A stretch of DNA of 63,447 nucleotides, counting the filler, from Aduncisulcus paluster (Eukaryota): assembly GCA_024181965.1 (NCBI GenBank). It is 41 parts of 41 records of this genome, joined end to end, with 100 filler letters (N's around TTAATTAATTAA, not from the genome) between each part and the next. Parts side by side here need not be neighbours in the genome. Positions count along the whole stretch, not along the records: positions 56,682 to 58,304 come from BQXS01001283.1; positions 58,405 to 60,052 come from BQXS01001288.1; positions 60,153 to 61,169 come from BQXS01001289.1; positions 61,270 to 62,311 come from BQXS01001290.1; positions 62,412 to 63,447 come from BQXS01001291.1; 36 more parts are not named here. One strand, 5' to 3'. A program made the position numbers and the translations under genes. The notes under the pieces were generated by a model. It was not told the origin of the DNA, made no database searches, and saw only the letters and a program-made list of their open reading frames with translations. This document shows positions 58,259-63,447 of this stretch, piece by piece. The first letter of the stretch is position 1. Every line of letters starts with the position of its first letter.

Positions 58259-58304
58259 ATGAAACAAAAAATACTTATAACAGGTGGTGGCACAGGAGGA
58301 CATC
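58259..58304 (+). CDS. murG: MurG glycosyltransferase, first codons
   Basis: Hand translation MKQKILITGGGTGGH. Confidence 0.8.
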
Positions 58305-58437
58305 NNNNNNNNNNNNNNNNNNNNNNNNNNNNNNNNNNNNNNNNNNNNTTAATTAATTAANNNNNNNNNNNNNNNNNNNNNNNNNNNNNNNNNNNNNNNN
58401 NNNNTAACCGCTGCGGACTTTCTGCCGAACGAGTCAG

Positions 58438-59667
58438 ATGAACTTCCCAGGGACTAACACCTGGTACAGCGCGGACGAGGCCGTCGGGCAGCTTCGCCCT
58501 AGGAGCGGCGTTGGTGCGTTACAGGTATCGCGCCGCGCTGCCGCGGACGAAGTTGTATCGCTGTTGCTCAGCGATCAAGTTGCGCTTGCTCAACGGGTCC
58601 GCACCGCAGTACAGGCAGAGATTCCGGTGTATCGGGAGATGGCATCGGAGACCCTGGATCTCGAGATCAGTCGTGAGCTGGAGCCGGTGTTGCGATGTGA
58701 CGGAGATACGCGGGCGCTGACTGTCGACGAGCAGGCGACACTCAGCGCGTTGGGGGAAGCGCGCGCGAGGCAGGGTGTGCCTGTTGGCGACCTGCTTCGC
58801 GCGTGGCGTCTCGGCATTGAAACATTGGTCGCACATGCCCGCTGCTTAGGTAAAGGTCGGGGTATCGCCGAGGGGCAGGTGCTGGAGTTCGTCCAGTCAG
58901 TTCTGGCGCGGTCCGATCTGGTCATAACAACGATCACGGATGCTCACCGGCGAGCCGATCGCCTCGAGGCCCGAAGGGAAGACGACGGCCACGCGGACTT
59001 TGTTCGGGGTGCGTTGTTGGGCACAATCTCTCGTGCCGAATTGCGAATTCAAGCGGAGATCTACGGGCTTGATCCGGCTGCCGACTATGTCGCGGTGCGC
59101 GCCCGTCGTCTCGGGGAAAACCTGACCCAGCGCGAGCTCGAGCGGACGCTGGGGTTGAGTGAGTTGACTTCGGGTCGCTGCGGGCTTTGTGCGCTAGTCA
59201 ATGGCAACGCCGCAGGCTTCTTGAGTCAGTTGCCCCCGAGGGATATCGAGGGAATCGTTGGGTATGGTCCGCCGAGACCGCTGGATCATCTTGCAGAGTC
59301 ATATCGATCGGCCGCACGCGCTTTGGTGACAGCCGAGGCTTGTGGACTTCAGGGGGCCTATGACATCGCGGCGCTGGGTCTGCGCTCCACCGTCGCGCTG
59401 GACCTCGAAGTGGGCGAGTTGCTCCGGCGACGCTATCTTGACCCGCTTTCGTTGGCGAGCTCTGCCGGTGAACTCATTGCGACACTGCGCGCCTACTTGG
59501 CGTGTGGACTCCATGTAGAGCGCACGGCGACAAGGCTCTTCGTGCATCAGAACACTGTCCGCTATCGGATTGCCCGGTTTGAAGAACTGACTGGGACAAG
59601 CCTGGGTGATACCGAGGTGCTACTTGAAGTGTGGTGGGCCCTTGAGCTGTCAGCGATGCACTTGTAG
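58438..59667 (+). CDS. PucR/CdaR family transcriptional regulator
   Basis: TLRAYL...TATRLFVHQNTVRYRI HTH. Confidence 0.9.
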   Translation: MNFPGTNTWYSADEAVGQLRPRSGVGALQVSRRAAADEVVSLLLSDQVALAQRVRTAVQAEIPVYREMASETLDLEISRELEPVLRCDGDTRALTVDEQATLSALGEARARQGVPVGDLLRAWRLGIETLVAHARCLGKGRGIAEGQVLEFVQSVLARSDLVITTITDAHRRADRLEARREDDGHADFVRGALLGTISRAELRIQAEIYGLDPAADYVAVRARRLGENLTQRELERTLGLSELTSGRCGLCALVNGNAAGFLSQLPPRDIEGIVGYGPPRPLDHLAESYRSAARALVTAEACGLQGAYDIAALGLRSTVALDLEVGELLRRRYLDPLSLASSAGELIATLRAYLACGLHVERTATRLFVHQNTVRYRIARFEELTGTSLGDTEVLLEVWWALELSAMHL

Positions 59668-60152
59668 CAGACAGGCCGGATCTGCCACCGAACTACGGCA
59701 TGCCAACCAAACAGACGTGGACCCAGCTCAGATGGCTGAACTGGGTCCACGCNNNNNNNNNNNNNNNNNNNNNNNNNNNNNNNNNNNNNNNNNNNNNNNN
59801 NNNNNNNNNNNNNNNNNNNNNNNNNNNNNNNNNNNNNNNNNNNNNNNNNNNGTAGCTGTCTACCGGACTGCTTCTTAGACCTCGTCGTTGTCGGACGTTA
59901 GAACTGTGTCTCCCTGCGGTGAGGCCGGCGCAGGACCGTTATCTGAATCGGTGTCTTCGGGGCCACTAATATCGGCATCAGGGCCTGGATCAGTGCCAGG
60001 ATCCGCTGCCGCATGCGCCAGGTATGTCGATGCGTTGCCGGTCGGCGTGGTCNNNNNNNNNNNNNNNNNNNNNNNNNNNNNNNNNNNNNNNNNNNNTTAA
60101 TTAATTAANNNNNNNNNNNNNNNNNNNNNNNNNNNNNNNNNNNNNNNNNNNN

Positions 60153-60490
60153 ATTGGAAGATCAAGTTCTTTTACTCTGTTATAACTATCAAGTGTAGTA
60201 CCTAAAGAGTTTATCGTAGGATTAAATGGTAAGATAACCAAATCAGCATTTTTAGCAACACTATCAAGTCGTATATCATCAAACCCACCAAAATCATACA
60301 CTACATCACCCTCTGTTATAGTTGGTATATCTTCATCGAGTCCTATTTTTACAACTCTTTCATCGAGTGTTTGTGTAAGCATACCGTATGGATCTAGCTC
60401 TATAATGGTAGTATCAAAGTGTAATGCTATTTGTGTAGTAAGCATAGATTTTCCTACACCACCTTTTTGATTGTAGATAATTATTTGCAT
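60153..60490 (-). CDS. Small ParA-family ATPase, 5' part
   Basis: YNQKGGVGKS deviant Walker A and VYDFGG. Confidence 0.85.
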
Positions 60491-60708
60491 TTAAATACCT
60501 TTTATTTAGTTAATTATGATATGTTACAATTTATTAAATTTTATTTAGTTTAAATATAGTTATTTACAAGGTAATTAAATGTTTATTCTTTTGCATTTAA
60601 TAAATTTTTAAATTTTGCAAAGCAATTTGATTCATCTGCCTATACTTTTAAGACATAAAATCATAAGTCAATTACTGTATTTAATATTTATAAAAGGAAT
60701 TCAAAATT

Positions 60709-61169
60709 TTGCAAGATTACTCACTATCATTTACAGCGGCTTCTCTTATGAGTTTTGAAACGGAACAGATAGCTCAACTATATAGTATCCATAATGACTG
60801 GAAGAAAGTTGAGAATCTTGTTGTGGATGATAATGTGATGCAAAAAGGAACTATATCTACTAGAAAAAGAGAGTTTTCTGAGATAAAAAAGCGTCTTAAA
60901 GATATCTCAAATAATGACTTGGATTTTATCTCAAATGCAACAACAGATGAATTAAAACTATATTGTTTATATCTTTGTAGTAAAAGCTATAGATTGATCT
61001 TTGAGTTTATAAGTGAAGTTATTAGAGAAAAATACTTGATGTTTGACTATTTCATTTTAGCAGTTCGTCTGACAGCTTTAGCAGGAATAAATCTCACATG
61101 GGAGTATGATGAAACAAACACAATACATGCAAGACATATAGTTGTTGATGAAAGTTGGAAGATTAGCCT
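60709..61169 (+). CDS. brxA: BrxA (DUF1819) fused in frame to a BrxL C-terminal segment
   Basis: YSLSFTAASL, QKGTISTRKREFSEIKKRL and FISEVIREKYL are BrxA-like; TWEYDETNTIHARHIVVDESWKIS is BrxL-like. Confidence 0.75.
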
Positions 61170-61269
61170 NNNNNNNNNNNNNNNNNNNNNNNNNNNNNNN
61201 NNNNNNNNNNNNNTTAATTAATTAANNNNNNNNNNNNNNNNNNNNNNNNNNNNNNNNNNNNNNNNNNNN

Positions 61270-62240
61270 TCATAATTGATCACACACGAAATATCATCTA
61301 CATGTAAACCACGACTTGCTATATCTGTTGCAAAAAGTATTTTGATTTTGTTTTCTTTGAACTCATCTAAAGTAAAGTTTCTATCCTCTTGTATCAAATC
61401 TCCATGAAAAGAGTCTGCCAAAAAACCTTTTTTTCTAAACTTATTTGCAATATTATCACTAGATCGTTTACTTGAAACAAATACTAAAACTCTTTTCCAT
61501 TTATTTTTTCGTAAAAGCTCTTGCAACAATGCATTTCTATTTTCTTTGTTTACTTTTATTGCCCTTTGTTTTATATTTACAACAGTTGGTTCTTCATTTT
61601 CAATCTCTATACTTATTGGATGTGTTGTAATTTTAGCAGCAATTTCTAACATCTTTTGTGGATAAGTTGCTGAAAAAAGCATATTTTGTCTTTTTTCTGG
61701 GAGCTCTTTTAAAAGTAAATCTAACTCTTCAGCAAAACCTAGATCGAGCATTTTGTCTGCTTCATCTAAAACAAGGTGTTCTAAAAAAGACAAATTGATT
61801 TGTTTTTTATCTATTATATCTAGAAGTCTTCCTGTTGTTGAAACAACTATATCAACTCCTTGCTGTATCTCTAAAAGCTGATCTCCTATGCTTACACCAC
61901 CTATAACTGTTGCTATCTTTGGTTTTTGAATAAACTCTTTACTAAAGTTCTTGATGCTATTTGATACTTGAATAGTAAGTTCTCTTGTTGGTGTCAAAAT
62001 AAGTATTTTGATTTTTGGTTTTTTTGTTGTTCTTTTTACTAATTGCTCTTGCCAAATATTCAAAAGTGGTAACACAAAACTAGCAGTTTTTCCACTTCCA
62101 GTTTGAGCTTTTGCCATCACATCAGAACCATCTAAAACCAAAGGGATAACTTTTTCTTGAATAGTTGTAGCATCTTTATAGTCATTTTTTAAAAGTGCAT
62201 TTTGTAATTCCTGAGATAGATTTAGTTCGTTAAATTGCAT
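61270..62240 (-). CDS. DEAD-box RNA helicase (3' truncated)
   Basis: AQTGSGKT, PTREL, DEAD, SAT and SRGLH motifs; likely ATG at 62240. Confidence 0.96.
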
Positions 62241-62487
62241 CTTATAGACCTTCAAGTTTTGTTTCGTATTCATCAAGAATAGTGTCAAGTTTTTCTTGAG
62301 TAATTTCAAGCNNNNNNNNNNNNNNNNNNNNNNNNNNNNNNNNNNNNNNNNNNNNTTAATTAATTAANNNNNNNNNNNNNNNNNNNNNNNNNNNNNNNNN
62401 NNNNNNNNNNNAGTTTAGGCAGGTGATATTGAATTAAGATATAATCAATGCTTATTGAATCAATGATAAAAAGTTAGAGGACAAAAA

Positions 62488-63447
62488 TTGAAAAACACTA
62501 CACTATATAGGTATATTTATATATTAACACTGATTTTTGGTATTTCTATAAGTATTTTATTGGGCTATTATGCACATAATACAATCAGTGTATTTGTTTT
62601 TACTACTTTAGGATTGCTGACAACATTTTTAATAGCATATATATTAAAAAGGCAACAAGAGATAGAAGTATTTAAAGATGAAGCATTGTTTAATATTTCA
62701 CAAGGAGTTTTGATTCTTGATGAAGAATATAGAGTGATCTATTCAAATAAAGGTTTTGAAGAACTTACAGGATATAGTGATAAATTTATAATTGGAAAGA
62801 ATCCAAACCTACTAGAAGGTGAAGAGACAAAAAAAGAAACTATTTTATATATAGAAGAAAGCTTTGAAAAATTGGAGCCTTTTTCATGTGAAATATTGAA
62901 TTATAAAAAAGATGGTACAAGTTTTTGGAATGGGTTATCTGTAACACCAATTTTAGGAAAAGATAAAAAAGTCAAACGATTTATTGCTATTTTAAATGAT
63001 GTCACACAAAAAGTGCTTTTACAAGAGAAACAAAAAGAGAAAGAAAAAATGCTTAACACTCTCAATGAGATTAATAGTGAGCTGATTGTAGAGCAAAAAT
63101 CGCTTTTATCATTATTTGATAAAGGGGATAGTGTTTTATTTAAATGGAGAGATGACCCCACTTGGAGTATAGAATATGTGTCAAATAGTGTTGAGAAACT
63201 TTTAGGATATGATAAAGAAGATATTTTAAATGGTGCTATTGCTTATTCTGAAACAATACATCAAGATGATGTAAAACAAGTCTTTGATGAAGTTGAAAAA
63301 GAGAAAAAAACTCAAGGGGACTTTTTTATCCATAAACCATATAGAATTATGACAAAAGATGGTCGCACAAAATGGGTACTTGACTATACTGTTATACAAA
63401 GAGATAAAGAGGGGGAAATTACTCATTTTATTGGTTATATTATAGAT
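62488..63447 (+). CDS. Membrane-anchored multi-PAS sensor protein, 5' part
   Basis: Not in the ORF track. TTG after AGAGGA, open to the window end; two TM helices, then NKGFEELTGY...NYKKDGTSFWN. Confidence 0.85.
   Translation, partial: MKNTTLYRYIYILTLIFGISISILLGYYAHNTISVFVFTTLGLLTTFLIAYILKRQQEIEVFKDEALFNISQGVLILDEEYRVIYSNKGFEELTGYSDKFIIGKNPNLLEGEETKKETILYIEESFEKLEPFSCEILNYKKDGTSFWNGLSVTPILGKDKKVKRFIAILNDVTQKVLLQEKQKEKEKMLNTLNEINSELIVEQKSLLSLFDKGDSVLFKWRDDPTWSIEYVSNSVEKLLGYDKEDILNGAIAYSETIHQDDVKQVFDEVEKEKKTQGDFFIHKPYRIMTKDGRTKWVLDYTVIQRDKEGEITHFIGYIID

Noticed and set aside
1132-62367. TTAATTAATTAA recurring every 1-5 kb as a possible CRISPR or biological repeat
   Set aside because: Always inside fixed-length N runs; a synthetic linker. 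ORFs ending in X...LIN or X...N are artefacts of it.

Overview
This is not one locus. It is 41 short contigs (about 1-5 kb) joined by 40 artificial N-TTAATTAATTAA-N linkers, so adjacency across a linker means nothing. At least six sources are mixed. (i) An AT-rich, divergent microbial eukaryote: partial 18S and 28S rRNA, a 5S fragment, LTR-retrotransposon pieces, cystatin, nitroreductase, kinase, an LRR/EGF cysteine-rich protein and pyruvate formate-lyase. An anaerobic fornicate or Carpediemonas-like flagellate fits, but that is inference. (ii) A high-GC mycobacterium: secD/secF, iniR, dlaT and a prophage lysis cassette. (iii) Very low-GC Arcobacter-like Campylobacterota: hsdS, mcrB-mfd, argS-tatA, rpmE-rsmI, nuoL/M, sensors and a BREX remnant. 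(iv) Bacteroidota: proB, a tyrosine recombinase and a repeat-flanked lipoprotein. (v) A clostridium-like contig with a complete ISL3 element. (vi) A high-GC glycosyltransferase pair. Best leads: a single-gene cassette between long attC-like repeats (53211-54252); a non-IntI tyrosine recombinase behind a similar hairpin (36780-37752); an in-frame BrxA-BrxL fusion (60709-61169); an HNH nuclease plus STAND NTPase pair missed by the ORF track (2-1087); and an apparently eukaryotic PFL (34079-34953). All family calls are by-eye motif recognition; no searches were run.
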